Shown: positions 9,766 to 18,857, counted from the stretch's first letter. The stretch is DNA of 64,000 nucleotides from Gemmatimonadota bacterium (GCA_965116475.1 OZ220691.1:2816001-2880000); one strand, 5' to 3'. Made by a program: numbers and translations. The notes: a model not told the origin generated them from the sequence alone.

Positions 9766-11357
9766 GCCGTAGGGGCCCGTACCGGACCGAACTCACGCCG
9801 CTCGAGTTTCTGCGGCGGAGCGCGTTCGTTTACCCCGACAAGGCGGCGGTCGTGCACGGCGGCCGGAGCTACTCCTACCGCGAGTTCGAGCTTCGCGTGC
9901 GGCGGCTGGCGGCGGGGCTGCTCCGCGCCGGACTCGAGCCGGGCGATCGGGTGGCCTTCCTGTCGCCGAACACGCCGCCCCTGCTCGAAGCGCACTACGG
10001 GGTGCCGGCCGCGGGCGGGGTGCTGGTCGCGATCAACACGCGGCTCGGGGCGGGCGAGATCGCCTACATCCTGGAGCACAGCGGCGCGCGCTACCTGTTC
10101 GTCGACCGGGCCCTCGAGGGCCTCATCGACGGGGACGCGCTGCGCGGCAACGGCAACGGAGTGACGGTGGTGCGGATCGACGACACCGGGGCGCCCAGCG
10201 ATCCCTACGAAGCGTTTCTCGGCGGGGGCGAGGAGCCGCCCCCGCTCGCGGCCGGCCCGGCGGACGAGGAAGCCCCGATCTCGATGAACTACACCTCGGG
10301 GACGACGGGCCGCCCCAAGGGCGTCGTGTACACCCATCGCGGCGCGTACCTGAACGCGATCGGGGAACTCATCGAGATGGAGATGACGCCGGGCGCCGTC
10401 TATCTCTGGACGCTCCCCATGTTCCACTGCAACGGGTGGTGCTTCACATGGGCGGTGACCGCCATCGGCGGCACGCACGTGTGCCTGCGCGAGGTCGACC
10501 CCGGCCGCATCTGGGCGCTGATCGAGTCGGAGGGCGTCACGCACTACTGCGGGGCGCCGACCGTGCAGATCATGCTCGTCAACGATCCGGCGGCTCGGCC
10601 CCTGGAGCACGCGGTGCGGACGATGATCGCGGGGGCGCCGCCCTCGCCGACCCTGCTGGAGCAGTTGAAGGCGCTGAACTTCCACCCGATCCACGCCTAC
10701 GGTCTCACGGAGACGTACGGCCCCACCGCGACCTGCGCATGGCACGCGGACTGGGACGGGCGCCCGCCCGCCGAACAGGCCCGGCTGCTCGCCCGCCAGG
10801 GCCAGGGGTTCGTCACCTCCGACCTCATGCGGGTCGTCGACGAGGAGGGCGGGGAGGTGCCGCGCGACGGCGCGACGATGGGCGAAGTCGTGATGCGCGG
10901 GAACATCGTCATGAAGGGCTACTACGCGCAGCCCGAGGCCACCGACGAGGCCTTCCGCGGCGGCTGGTTCCACTCCGGGGACCTCGCCGTGTGGCACCCC
11001 GACGGCTACGTGGAACTCCGGGACCGGGCCAAGGACATCATCATCTCGGGCGGCGAGAACATCTCCACCATCGAGGTCGAGCAGACGGTGGCCCGCCACC
11101 CCGCCGTGCTGGAGTGCGCCGTCATCGCCATCCCCCACGACGAATGGGGCGAACGCCCCAAGGCCTTCGTCACGCTGAAGCCGGAAGCCGACGCCACGGA
11201 AGGCGAGATCATCGAGTTCTGCCGCGACCGGATCGCCCACTTCAAGTGCCCCGACGCGATCGAGTTCGGCCCCCTCCCCAAGACCTCCACCGGCAAGGTC
11301 CAGAAGTACATCCTCCGCGACCGCGAATGGACCGGCCGCGACAAGCGCATCAACTGA
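9762..11357 (+). CDS. Acyl-CoA synthetase (AMP-forming acyl-CoA ligase)
   Basis: GTGA overlap with upstream stop; YTSGTTGRPKG, YGLTE, GWFHSGD, DRAKDIIISGGENIS, PKTSTGK. Confidence 0.92.
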   Translation: MSRRGPYRTELTPLEFLRRSAFVYPDKAAVVHGGRSYSYREFELRVRRLAAGLLRAGLEPGDRVAFLSPNTPPLLEAHYGVPAAGGVLVAINTRLGAGEIAYILEHSGARYLFVDRALEGLIDGDALRGNGNGVTVVRIDDTGAPSDPYEAFLGGGEEPPPLAAGPADEEAPISMNYTSGTTGRPKGVVYTHRGAYLNAIGELIEMEMTPGAVYLWTLPMFHCNGWCFTWAVTAIGGTHVCLREVDPGRIWALIESEGVTHYCGAPTVQIMLVNDPAARPLEHAVRTMIAGAPPSPTLLEQLKALNFHPIHAYGLTETYGPTATCAWHADWDGRPPAEQARLLARQGQGFVTSDLMRVVDEEGGEVPRDGATMGEVVMRGNIVMKGYYAQPEATDEAFRGGWFHSGDLAVWHPDGYVELRDRAKDIIISGGENISTIEVEQTVARHPAVLECAVIAIPHDEWGERPKAFVTLKPEADATEGEIIEFCRDRIAHFKCPDAIEFGPLPKTSTGKVQKYILRDREWTGRDKRIN

Positions 11358-11384
11358 CCCCCGCCCGAAGCCCCTCCAGGACCT

Positions 11385-11408
11385 GAGACGTTCCCGCGGG
11401 AACGCCTC
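11385..11408. repeat. Palindromic REP-like element GAGACGTTCCCGCGGGAACGCCTC (copy 1)
   Basis: Perfect 16-bp palindrome CGTTCCCGCGGGAACG at 11389-11404; near-identical copy at 13315-13336. Confidence 0.75.
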
Positions 11409-11423
11409 GGAACCCTTCCTCAC

Positions 11424-11468
11424 TTGACGTGTACGACATCGTGTCGTATTCTACGACAACATGTCGTT
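11424..11468 (+). promoter_or_regulatory. Sigma70 promoter overlapped by two BlaI-type operators
   Basis: TTGACG (11424-29), 17 bp, TATTCT (11447-52); palindromes TACGACA-TCG-TGTCGTA (11432-48) and TACGACA-ACA-TGTCGTT (11452-68). Confidence 0.85.
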
Positions 11469-11495
11469 GTTTACTGTCAACGGAGAGATCTGTCG

Positions 11496-11864
11496 ATGAC
11501 GGTACCGAAGCTGGCGAACGCCGAACTCGCGGTCATGGCGCGGCTCTGGCAACAGGGCGCTCAGACGGCGCGCCTGCTGCGCGAACACCTCTACCCGGAC
11601 GCCGCCAACTCGATGCACGGAACGATCCAGCGACTGCTGCAACGGCTGGAGGACAAGGGGTTCATCGACCGGGACAGCGACCGCGCGGCCCACCTGTTCA
11701 CGCCGCGCGTCAGCCGTGAGGCCTACGCGGCCGGCCGTCTCGAGGCCCTGGCGGATCAGGTCACCGGCGGCTCGTTCGTGCCGATGATCACGCACCTGGT
11801 GGAGGAACGGAAACTCTCCGACGCTGACATGGAACGCCTGCGCCGGCTGCTGGAGGAGCAATGA
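11496..11864 (+). CDS. BlaI/MecI/CopY family transcriptional repressor
   Basis: LANAELAVMARLW...TIQRLLQRLEDKGFIDRD...AHLFTPRVSRE; adjacent to an M56 peptidase gene. Confidence 0.9.
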   Translation: MTVPKLANAELAVMARLWQQGAQTARLLREHLYPDAANSMHGTIQRLLQRLEDKGFIDRDSDRAAHLFTPRVSREAYAAGRLEALADQVTGGSFVPMITHLVEERKLSDADMERLRRLLEEQ

Positions 11865-13288
11865 CCGACCTCGCCCTGCAGATCGCCGGCAGCAAGCTCG
11901 CGATCTCGATGGTCCTCGGTGGTGCGGTCTGGTTCGCCGCAAGGGGAAACGAGCGACCGCGCCTGTGTCACGCGCTCTGTCTCACCCTGCTCGCGGCGCT
12001 GCTCGTCCCGCCACTGATCGGGGTCCCGGTCCTGCAGCCCGAACCCTCGGCCCCCGTACCAGCCGACATCGCGTCGCGTGACGCCACCCACCCATTCACC
12101 GTGGCCATCGGTGACCCCCGGTCCGATGTGCCCGACGGAGAAGTTGACGGAGGGTGGTTCGCGGCCTACGGAGGGTTGGGCTTCGTCTTGCTCTGGTTCT
12201 TGGGCGCTGTCGTGGTCCTGGGCTGGACTATTGTGAGGACGCAACGCTTCCGCCGCTCTCTGAGGGGAGCCTCGCGCGAAGCCCCCGCGCAGCTACAGCG
12301 GATGGCGGGGGACATCGCCCGCCCACTGGGCCTCGAGAGAGTTCCGACGATCCGCGTGACGGACGCGCTCGTTTCCCCGATGGTGTGGTGGAGCGGAGCC
12401 ACCGTTCACGTTCTCGTCCCGTCTACCCTCCTCGATGGACTGGAAGAGGCCGAGTTACGGTGCATCGTCGCGCACGAGCTGGCACATGTCCGACGGCGCG
12501 ACCACGTCGTTCGCTGGCTCGAGTGGGTCGCGTGCACGGTGTTCTGGTGGAACCCGGTGGCATGGTGGGCACGGCGGCAACTTCGTGCGGCCGGGGAGGT
12601 TTGCTCCGATGCTCTGGCGGTGAGCGCCCTCGACTGTGTACCGCGCGACTACGCCCGTGCGCTCGTGCGGGCGATTGACCGACTGCGTACCGAGCGGGCG
12701 CCTCGCCTGCCGGCATTTGCGAGCGCCGCCGACAACGGTCGACGAACACGACCGCTTGAGAGGAGACTTCGAATGATCATCACCAACAAGCCCGTTGCGA
12801 CCCCCTCGCAGGCACTTCGCTTGGCGTTGCGAGGAGGCCTGGTGGCCTCGCTGGTCCTGGGACTGGTCTATTGCAGCGAGCCGACTTCGCCGACCGAAAC
12901 CGAACTTCCGGCCGCCACCCTGACCGACGCGCCCCGGCAGGTCGTCAAGACGCCACCGATCCGTGGCGAGGCGGAGGAAGCGAGTTGGAGTTGGTGGGTC
13001 GCGGGCGGCCCAGCCGATTTGCTGCCAATGCGCATTGACGGCGACGCTCCGCTGCCGACACCCGAGGAACAGGAGCGATTGCTGGCGGAACTCGCCGAGA
13101 CTCCCGCGCTACCCGAGGGCTCGCGCTATCAAGTGTTCTTCGACGTTTCCTTTGAGGAGAAGGAGATCGTCGACTTCGCCCGCAAGTTCGACATCGTCTA
13201 CCTAAAGTCGTCGCCGCCGGGGTTGGACCTGAACATGCTGGTGGAACCACAAACGGCCGACCCGGTCGACACCCCAACCGGCCGATAG
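11861..13288 (+). CDS. M56 family (BlaR1/MecR1-like) membrane metallopeptidase
   Basis: TM segments; AHELAHVRRRD zinc motif; FWWNPVAW; EVCSD; ATGA overlap with repressor gene. Confidence 0.9.
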   Translation: MTDLALQIAGSKLAISMVLGGAVWFAARGNERPRLCHALCLTLLAALLVPPLIGVPVLQPEPSAPVPADIASRDATHPFTVAIGDPRSDVPDGEVDGGWFAAYGGLGFVLLWFLGAVVVLGWTIVRTQRFRRSLRGASREAPAQLQRMAGDIARPLGLERVPTIRVTDALVSPMVWWSGATVHVLVPSTLLDGLEEAELRCIVAHELAHVRRRDHVVRWLEWVACTVFWWNPVAWWARRQLRAAGEVCSDALAVSALDCVPRDYARALVRAIDRLRTERAPRLPAFASAADNGRRTRPLERRLRMIITNKPVATPSQALRLALRGGLVASLVLGLVYCSEPTSPTETELPAATLTDAPRQVVKTPPIRGEAEEASWSWWVAGGPADLLPMRIDGDAPLPTPEEQERLLAELAETPALPEGSRYQVFFDVSFEEKEIVDFARKFDIVYLKSSPPGLDLNMLVEPQTADPVDTPTGR

Positions 13289-13314
13289 CGAGCGGCCCCG
13301 GGGCGCTGGCGCCG

Positions 13315-13336
13315 GAGACGTTCCCGTGGGAACGTC
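13315..13336. repeat. Palindromic REP-like element GAGACGTTCCCGTGGGAACGTC (copy 2)
   Basis: 19/20 identity to 11385-11404. Confidence 0.75.
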
Positions 13337-13430
13337 AGGGCGGCGCGGTAGAGCAACCGGGAGCGGGGGAGAGGGTGGCCATCGCCCGGCGCACTAGCAC
13401 GGAAGTGTCAATCCCGTAGCGCCGGATCAT
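13335..13430 (-). pseudogene. Truncated PIN-domain toxin remnant
   Basis: MIRRYGIDTSVLVR matches the first PIN strand (D-T-S-V-L) and overlaps the antitoxin end; frame stops after 31 aa. Confidence 0.65.
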
Positions 13431-13650
13431 GGGGCTGGGCGCGGAAGGCGTGGACGTCGAACGGCTCGGTTCCCGGGCGCACGTGGGTACGTAGCGGCGC
13501 CAAGCGTGAGAAGTCGATCCGGAGCGGACGCAGGACAAAGCCGTCCGGACCCTCCTCCAGCCGAAGGCGGTCGCCGGGCTGGGCGCCGAGCGATTCCAGT
13601 ACTTCGGCCGGGAGCGTGATCCGGCCTCCTTCTTCGATCCTGAGCAACAT
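13408..13650 (-). CDS. AbrB/MazE/SpoVT-type antitoxin
   Basis: MLLRIEEGGRITLPAEVLESLGAQPGDRLRLEEGPDGFVLRP, AbrB signature; GGAGG RBS. Confidence 0.8.
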   Translation of the reverse strand: MLLRIEEGGRITLPAEVLESLGAQPGDRLRLEEGPDGFVLRPLRIDFSRLAPLRTHVRPGTEPFDVHAFRAQPHDPALRD

Positions 13651-13758
13651 CGTGGCCTCCACTTGAACGGTTTGCCGAGCATACCCCCGCGACGGAAAGC
13701 TGTGCCGCGTCCTTGACGACTGCCGCCCCGCGCGAAGATCATCCGCGGGTTCGAGATC

Positions 13759-14592
13759 ATGCGACTTCAGCCCCCGCAACCGCCTCCCATGTTTACGCCG
13801 GCCCGGAAAAAGCTGCTGTTGGCCGTGCTGGTGCTCTCCTTCGGAGTCCAGACGGGGCTGGTGTACTCGGACGCGCGGAGCGAGCCGCTGTCGGAGGCGG
13901 CGCGCGAGGGGCGTGCGCTCTGGCAGGCGCATGCCTGTCAAACCTGTCACCAGTTCTACGGTCAGGGGGGATTCCTCGGGCCGGATCTGACGAACGCCGC
14001 GAGCCGGGTTGATTCGACCCGGCTCGTTTCGTTGTTGACGGTGGGGAGCGGGCAGATGCCGCCGCTCGGGTTCAGCGACGCGGAGTCGGCGGCGATGGCG
14101 GCCTTCCTGCGCGAGATGGACCGGCCGGAGATCGGTCGCGGCGAACTTCGGATGGGGACGCCGGGGGAGGGCGCGGGGGCGCAGGCGGCGTTCGAGCGCG
14201 CGATCGAGGCGGCGCTCGGGGCCGGGGCGGGTCAGGGCCTGGCCGAAGTCGCCGCCGGGTTCGAGGCCTACCGGATCCGGCCGTGCAGCGCGTGCCATTT
14301 CCCGTTCCGCGACTCGCCCGTCGGGGCGCCGGATCTGTCGCTCGTCGCCGGGTCGGCCGGGTCGGCCGGGTCGCTCGCGGCCGACTCGCTCGACCGGGTG
14401 CTCGCCGAGGGTCGTCCCCTCCTGGGCATGCCGCCGCCCGTGCCGCCGCTGGACGCCGCCGACCGGGCCGCGCTGACCGCGTTCCTCGAGTTCCTGAGCG
14501 CGAACCGCGAACAACTGGAGACGGCGACGGAGGCGCTCGCGGCGGGCCGCCGGCTCGACTGGGGCGCGCTGCCCTGGTGGGAGTTCCCGTGA
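13759..14592 (+). CDS. Membrane-anchored di-heme cytochrome c, NorC-like
   Basis: N-terminal TM; CQTCHQFYGQGGFLGPDLTN...QMP (NorC-like); second CSACH...GMPPP domain. Confidence 0.8.
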   Translation: MRLQPPQPPPMFTPARKKLLLAVLVLSFGVQTGLVYSDARSEPLSEAAREGRALWQAHACQTCHQFYGQGGFLGPDLTNAASRVDSTRLVSLLTVGSGQMPPLGFSDAESAAMAAFLREMDRPEIGRGELRMGTPGEGAGAQAAFERAIEAALGAGAGQGLAEVAAGFEAYRIRPCSACHFPFRDSPVGAPDLSLVAGSAGSAGSLAADSLDRVLAEGRPLLGMPPPVPPLDAADRAALTAFLEFLSANREQLETATEALAAGRRLDWGALPWWEFP

Positions 14593-15989
14593 AGCCCTTC
14601 GCGGCCGGCCACCCCGCGCACCAGTTCGCCGTGCTGACGTTCCTCCGCGGCGGATTGATCGCGATCGCGATCACGCTCGTGGGCGGGATCCTCGCCGCGT
14701 TCTACTCCATCCCCTCGCTCGCGCCGTGGTTCCAGCAGGTGGGCCTCGACCTGCGGCAACTGCGGCCGATCCACACCGTGTTCGCCTCCGCCTGGGTCTT
14801 CCTGGGCGGTGTCGCGGTCGTGTACCGCTTCCTCCAGGACGAGGGGTCGCCGACGATGGGCGACCGCTGGCGCCTCCGGATCCAGGTCCTGACCTGGGCG
14901 GCCGCCGGCCTCGGGATCCTCCTCACGCTGGCCATGGGCATCGGGACCGGCCGGGAGTACGTCGGCTTCCACCCCTTCTTCTCCCTCCTCATCCTCGCGG
15001 GCTGGGTCTGCTACGCGTGGAACTTCTTCCGCGTCGCCGGGAAGCGGTTCTGGGAGCGGCCCGTCTACGTGACGATGTGGGGCGTGGGGATGCTCTTCTT
15101 CATCGTCACCTTCCTCGAGCAGCACGCGTGGCTGATCCCGGGCATCTTCGGCGATCCGGTACAGGACATGCGGATCCAGTGGAAGGCGACGGGCACCCTC
15201 GTCGGCAGCTTCAACCTCTTCGTCTACGGCTCCGTGATCTACCTCGGCGAGCGGATCTCGGGGGATCCGTCCTACGGGCGCTCGACGACCGCGTACATGC
15301 TGTTCGCGGTGGGGCTGCTCAACTCGTTCACCAACTTCGCGCACCACACGTATCACCTTCCGGGGCGGGAGTCGGTGAAGTGGATCGCGTTCGTCGTGAG
15401 CATGATGGAGATCATCGTGCTCGCGCGGGCCATGTTCGACCTGTGGCGGGCGCTCCGGACGCCGAGCGACCCGGCCTTCTGCGCGGCCCGCGGTTCGTTC
15501 GCGGCGGCGAAGTGGTGGACGTGCGCGATCCTGTTCGGGGCCATCCTCATCTCGGTCCCGCCGCTGAACGCGGTGATTCACGGGACGTACGTCGTCACGG
15601 GACACGCGATGGGGGCGATGATCGGCATCGACACGATGATCCTGCTGGGGGCGATGATCTGGATCCTGAGCGAGCACCTGCAGACCCGCGAGGGAGAGGA
15701 CGCCTGGGATACGCTCCATACGCCGGCCATGCGCTGGAGTCTCATCGGGCTGAACTTCTCGGTGGCGGCGCTCGTGCTCTGGCTGCACGTGGTGGGGACG
15801 GCCGTCGGCGTGACCCGGGCGGTGCACGCGCCGGGCGAGACCTACGTGCCGCCGGACTGGGTGTCCGCCTGGAGCGGGATCGGGTTCGCGGTCTTCGGCA
15901 CGCTGTCGCTCGTCTTCTTCGCGTGGCTCCTCGCGCAGCTCATGCCGCCCGCCTTCCGGTATTTTTGGGTGTCGGAGGAACGGGCATGA
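14589..15989 (+). CDS. Divergent heme-copper oxidase superfamily subunit I, cNOR NorB-like
   Basis: GTGA overlap; about 12 TM; RPIHT, GREY, FAHHTY, SMME, IHGTYVVTGHAM align by eye to NorB motifs. Confidence 0.75.
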   Translation: MKPFAAGHPAHQFAVLTFLRGGLIAIAITLVGGILAAFYSIPSLAPWFQQVGLDLRQLRPIHTVFASAWVFLGGVAVVYRFLQDEGSPTMGDRWRLRIQVLTWAAAGLGILLTLAMGIGTGREYVGFHPFFSLLILAGWVCYAWNFFRVAGKRFWERPVYVTMWGVGMLFFIVTFLEQHAWLIPGIFGDPVQDMRIQWKATGTLVGSFNLFVYGSVIYLGERISGDPSYGRSTTAYMLFAVGLLNSFTNFAHHTYHLPGRESVKWIAFVVSMMEIIVLARAMFDLWRALRTPSDPAFCAARGSFAAAKWWTCAILFGAILISVPPLNAVIHGTYVVTGHAMGAMIGIDTMILLGAMIWILSEHLQTREGEDAWDTLHTPAMRWSLIGLNFSVAALVLWLHVVGTAVGVTRAVHAPGETYVPPDWVSAWSGIGFAVFGTLSLVFFAWLLAQLMPPAFRYFWVSEERA

Positions 15990-16020
15990 CGGCGTCGTGG
16001 GCCGGAAGGGCCGGCCGGGC

Positions 16021-17979
16021 GTGACGGGCGCGGAACGTCCGCTGTGGACGCCGGATCCCGACTTCGCCGCGACGACGAACATGGCGCGGTTCGCGCGCTA
16101 CGCGAACGAGGCGTGCGGGGCGGGCGCCGATGCCCCGGAGGCGCTGTGGCGCTGGTCGGTCCGCGAGCCGGAGGCGTTCTGGAACGCGGTGTGGGACTTC
16201 TGCGGCGTCATCGGGGAGCGCGGCGAGCGCGTCGTCCTCGACTTCGACCGCCTGCCGGGGGCGCGCTGGTATCCGGACGCGCGGCTGAACTACGCGGAGA
16301 ACCTGCTCCGCCGCCGGGACGACGGGCCGGCGCTCCTCTTCCGGGCCGAGGACCGCGTGCGCCGCGACCTCACGTGGGCGCAACTGTACGACACCACGTC
16401 GCGGCTCGCCCAGGCGCTGGACGCGCTCGGCATCGAGCCCGGCGACCGGGTGGCCGGCTACGTGCCCAACATGCCCGAGTCCATCGTGTACATGCTCGCC
16501 TCGGCGAGCCTCGGGGCCACGATCTCGACCGCCTCGCCCGACTTCGGCGTGCAGGGCGTCCTCGACCGCTTCGGGCAGATCGAACCGCGCGTCCTCCTCG
16601 CGGCCGACGGCTACTTCTGGCAGGGAAAGCGCTACTCGAGCCTCGACCGCCTGCCGGAGATCGTCCGCCGCCTCCCCTCGGTGGAGCGCGTGATCATCGT
16701 CCCCCACACCGAGCCGAACCCGGACATATCCGAGATCCCGGGCGCGGTGCGGTTCGACGACTTCTGCGGCCCGTGGAGTCCGCGGGAGATCGAGTTCCGG
16801 CGGCTCCCGTTCGACCATCCCCTCTACATCCTCTTCTCCTCCGGCACGACCGGGGTCCCGAAGTGCATCGTGCATTCGGCGGGCGGCGTCCTCCTCACGC
16901 ACCTCAAGGAGCATCAACTCCACGCCGACATCCGGCGGGGCGATCGCGCCTTCTACTACACCACCTGCGGGTGGATGATGTGGAACTGGCTCGCCTCGGC
17001 GCTGGCGAGCGAGGCGACCGTGGTCCTGTACGACGGCTCGCCCTTCCACCCCGGGCCGCACGTCCTGTTCGACTACGCGGACGAAGTGCGCATGACCCAG
17101 CTCGGCGTGTCCGCGAAGTTCATCGATGCGCTCGGGAAGGAGGGCCTGCGCCCGCGGGAGACGCACGATCTGGCTTCGGTGCGGACGATGCTCTCCACCG
17201 GCTCTCCCCTCGTCCCGGAAGGGTTCGACTACGTGTACCGGGACGTGAAGCCCGACGTCCACCTCGCCTCGATCTCGGGCGGGACGGACCTGTGCGCGGG
17301 GTTCGTGGTCGGACACCCGCTCCTGCCCGTGTGGCGGGGCGAGATCCAGGCGCCGTCGCTCGGAATGGACGTGGATGTGTGGGATGACGAGGGGCGGTCG
17401 ATGCCGGCGGGGAAGGGGGAACTCGTCTGCAAGTCGCCCTTCCCGTCGGTGCCGATGGGGTTCTGGGGAGACGAGGACGGGAGCCGCTTCCACGCGGCGT
17501 ACTTCGACATGTATCCCAACGTCTGGCGGCACGGCGACTGGATGGAGTGGACGGAGCACGGCGGCGCGGTGATCTACGGCCGCTCCGACGCGACGCTGAA
17601 CGCGGGCGGGGTGCGGATCGGGACGGCGGAGATCTACCGGCTCGTGGACCGGATGCCGGAAATCCTGGAATCCATCGTCATCGGGCAGCCGTGGGAAAAC
17701 GACACGCGCGTCGTCCTCTTCGTGCGGCTCGCGGAAGGCCGGAGCCTGGACGAGGACCTGGAAGCGCGGATCCGAAGGGAGATCCGGGAGAACGCCTCGC
17801 CCCGCCACGTCCCGGCGCGGATCCTGCAGGTGGCGGACATCCCCCGCACGAAGAGCGCCAAGATCTCGGAACTCGCCGTGCGCGCCGTGGTACTGGGAGA
17901 GTCCGTCAAGAACGTCGAGGCGCTCGCGAACCCCGAGGCCCTCGACGACTACCGCAACCGCCCCGAACTCCAGACGTAG
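16021..17979 (+). CDS. Acetoacetate--CoA ligase (acetoacetyl-CoA synthetase)
   Basis: ARLNYAENLL, SPDFGVQGVLDRFGQIEP, FSSGTTGVPKCIVH, YYTTCGWMMWNWL, SISGGTD, GRSDATLNAGGVRIGTAEIY, ALANPEAL. Confidence 0.93.
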   Translation: MTGAERPLWTPDPDFAATTNMARFARYANEACGAGADAPEALWRWSVREPEAFWNAVWDFCGVIGERGERVVLDFDRLPGARWYPDARLNYAENLLRRRDDGPALLFRAEDRVRRDLTWAQLYDTTSRLAQALDALGIEPGDRVAGYVPNMPESIVYMLASASLGATISTASPDFGVQGVLDRFGQIEPRVLLAADGYFWQGKRYSSLDRLPEIVRRLPSVERVIIVPHTEPNPDISEIPGAVRFDDFCGPWSPREIEFRRLPFDHPLYILFSSGTTGVPKCIVHSAGGVLLTHLKEHQLHADIRRGDRAFYYTTCGWMMWNWLASALASEATVVLYDGSPFHPGPHVLFDYADEVRMTQLGVSAKFIDALGKEGLRPRETHDLASVRTMLSTGSPLVPEGFDYVYRDVKPDVHLASISGGTDLCAGFVVGHPLLPVWRGEIQAPSLGMDVDVWDDEGRSMPAGKGELVCKSPFPSVPMGFWGDEDGSRFHAAYFDMYPNVWRHGDWMEWTEHGGAVIYGRSDATLNAGGVRIGTAEIYRLVDRMPEILESIVIGQPWENDTRVVLFVRLAEGRSLDEDLEARIRREIRENASPRHVPARILQVADIPRTKSAKISELAVRAVVLGESVKNVEALANPEALDDYRNRPELQT

Positions 17980-18000
17980 GAATGCGGCGCGGCCGGCGGA

Positions 18001-18450
18001 TCAGCGCGACCTGTCCGCCCATGGGTTGACGACTTCGATGCCCGTGTTCCGGAAGTCTCGCTCGTTCCGAGTGACGAGGATGAGACCGTGACGCGCGGCC
18101 GCGCCCGCCAGCATCGCGTCCGGCAGGTGGTCCTCGAGCGGTTCGCCTCGCCGCCTCTTCGATTCCATGATGCGGGCGCAGGCTTGGGCGTCGCCGAGGG
18201 TCCAGTCGAGAATCCGTTCGCGGAAGAGGTCATCCAGAAGGCCCTGGAACCGCTCGGCCAGCCGTTCCCGCCGCCCACCAGCGTCCATACGGCCGATTCC
18301 ATTGAGGATCTCCCAGACCGTGACGGAAGCCAGACCGACTCCCTGGGCCCAGATTCCGTCGAGAAACCCAGCCACTCGGGGGTCGGGAGCCGGACGCATC
18401 ATCTCCGAGACCACGTTCGTATCGATGAGCCAGCGCAGAGGTGGCTTCAT
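18001..18450 (-). CDS. vapC: PIN-domain toxin (VapC/FitB-like)
   Basis: WLIDTNVVSE...SVTVWEI..GI...DAMLAGAA..HGLILVTRNERDF...VVNPW. Confidence 0.92.
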   Translation of the reverse strand: MKPPLRWLIDTNVVSEMMRPAPDPRVAGFLDGIWAQGVGLASVTVWEILNGIGRMDAGGRRERLAERFQGLLDDLFRERILDWTLGDAQACARIMESKRRRGEPLEDHLPDAMLAGAAARHGLILVTRNERDFRNTGIEVVNPWADRSR

Positions 18451-18710
18451 GCTTCGCCTCCGCCCTCATCCTCGAACACGAACGGCCTGTATCCGTGGCG
18501 AGAAGGCTCGGGCAGATCCACCCCGTACTCCGCCCCGAAGTACCTCTCGAAGACTTGCGAAGGTCTCGTTTCGCCGGCGGTATTCTCCCGCTTCTCGCGA
18601 ATCAGGCGGCGAACGAACTCCTCCATTGAGATGCCGGTGTATCGGGCCTCCCGGCGAAGCCAGGCCTTGTCGCCTGGATCGATGTCGCGGACGGTAATCG
18701 TGTTCCCCAT
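18447..18710 (-). CDS. FitA-like ribbon-helix-helix antitoxin
   Basis: TITVRDID...WLRREA...GISMEEFVRRLI; ATGA overlap with the PIN toxin. Confidence 0.8.
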   Translation of the reverse strand: MGNTITVRDIDPGDKAWLRREARYTGISMEEFVRRLIREKRENTAGETRPSQVFERYFGAEYGVDLPEPSRHGYRPFVFEDEGGGEA

Positions 18711-18753
18711 AGGCTCCACTCCTCTAAACGGGTTTCCCGCGAGCGGAAACTAG

Positions 18754-18778
18754 TGCTAGCAGATAGTGCTTGCAAGCA
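18754..18778. promoter_or_regulatory. Probable TA autoregulatory operator
   Basis: Palindromes TGCTAGCA (18754-61) and TGCTTGCAAGCA (18767-78) upstream of the antitoxin; resemble the FitA TGCTATCA half-site. Confidence 0.5.
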
Positions 18779-18857
18779 TATTGTGACCGTCCGACTCCGG
18801 CCGGGGGAGCGCCGCGTTGCCGACACGCAGCGGGGGAGGCCGTGCTACATTGTTCGC

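Noticed and set aside
11385..13336. Palindromes as CRISPR repeats, IS ends or integron attC sites
   Set aside because: Only two copies 1.9 kb apart; no cas, transposase or integrase; no attC-like structure
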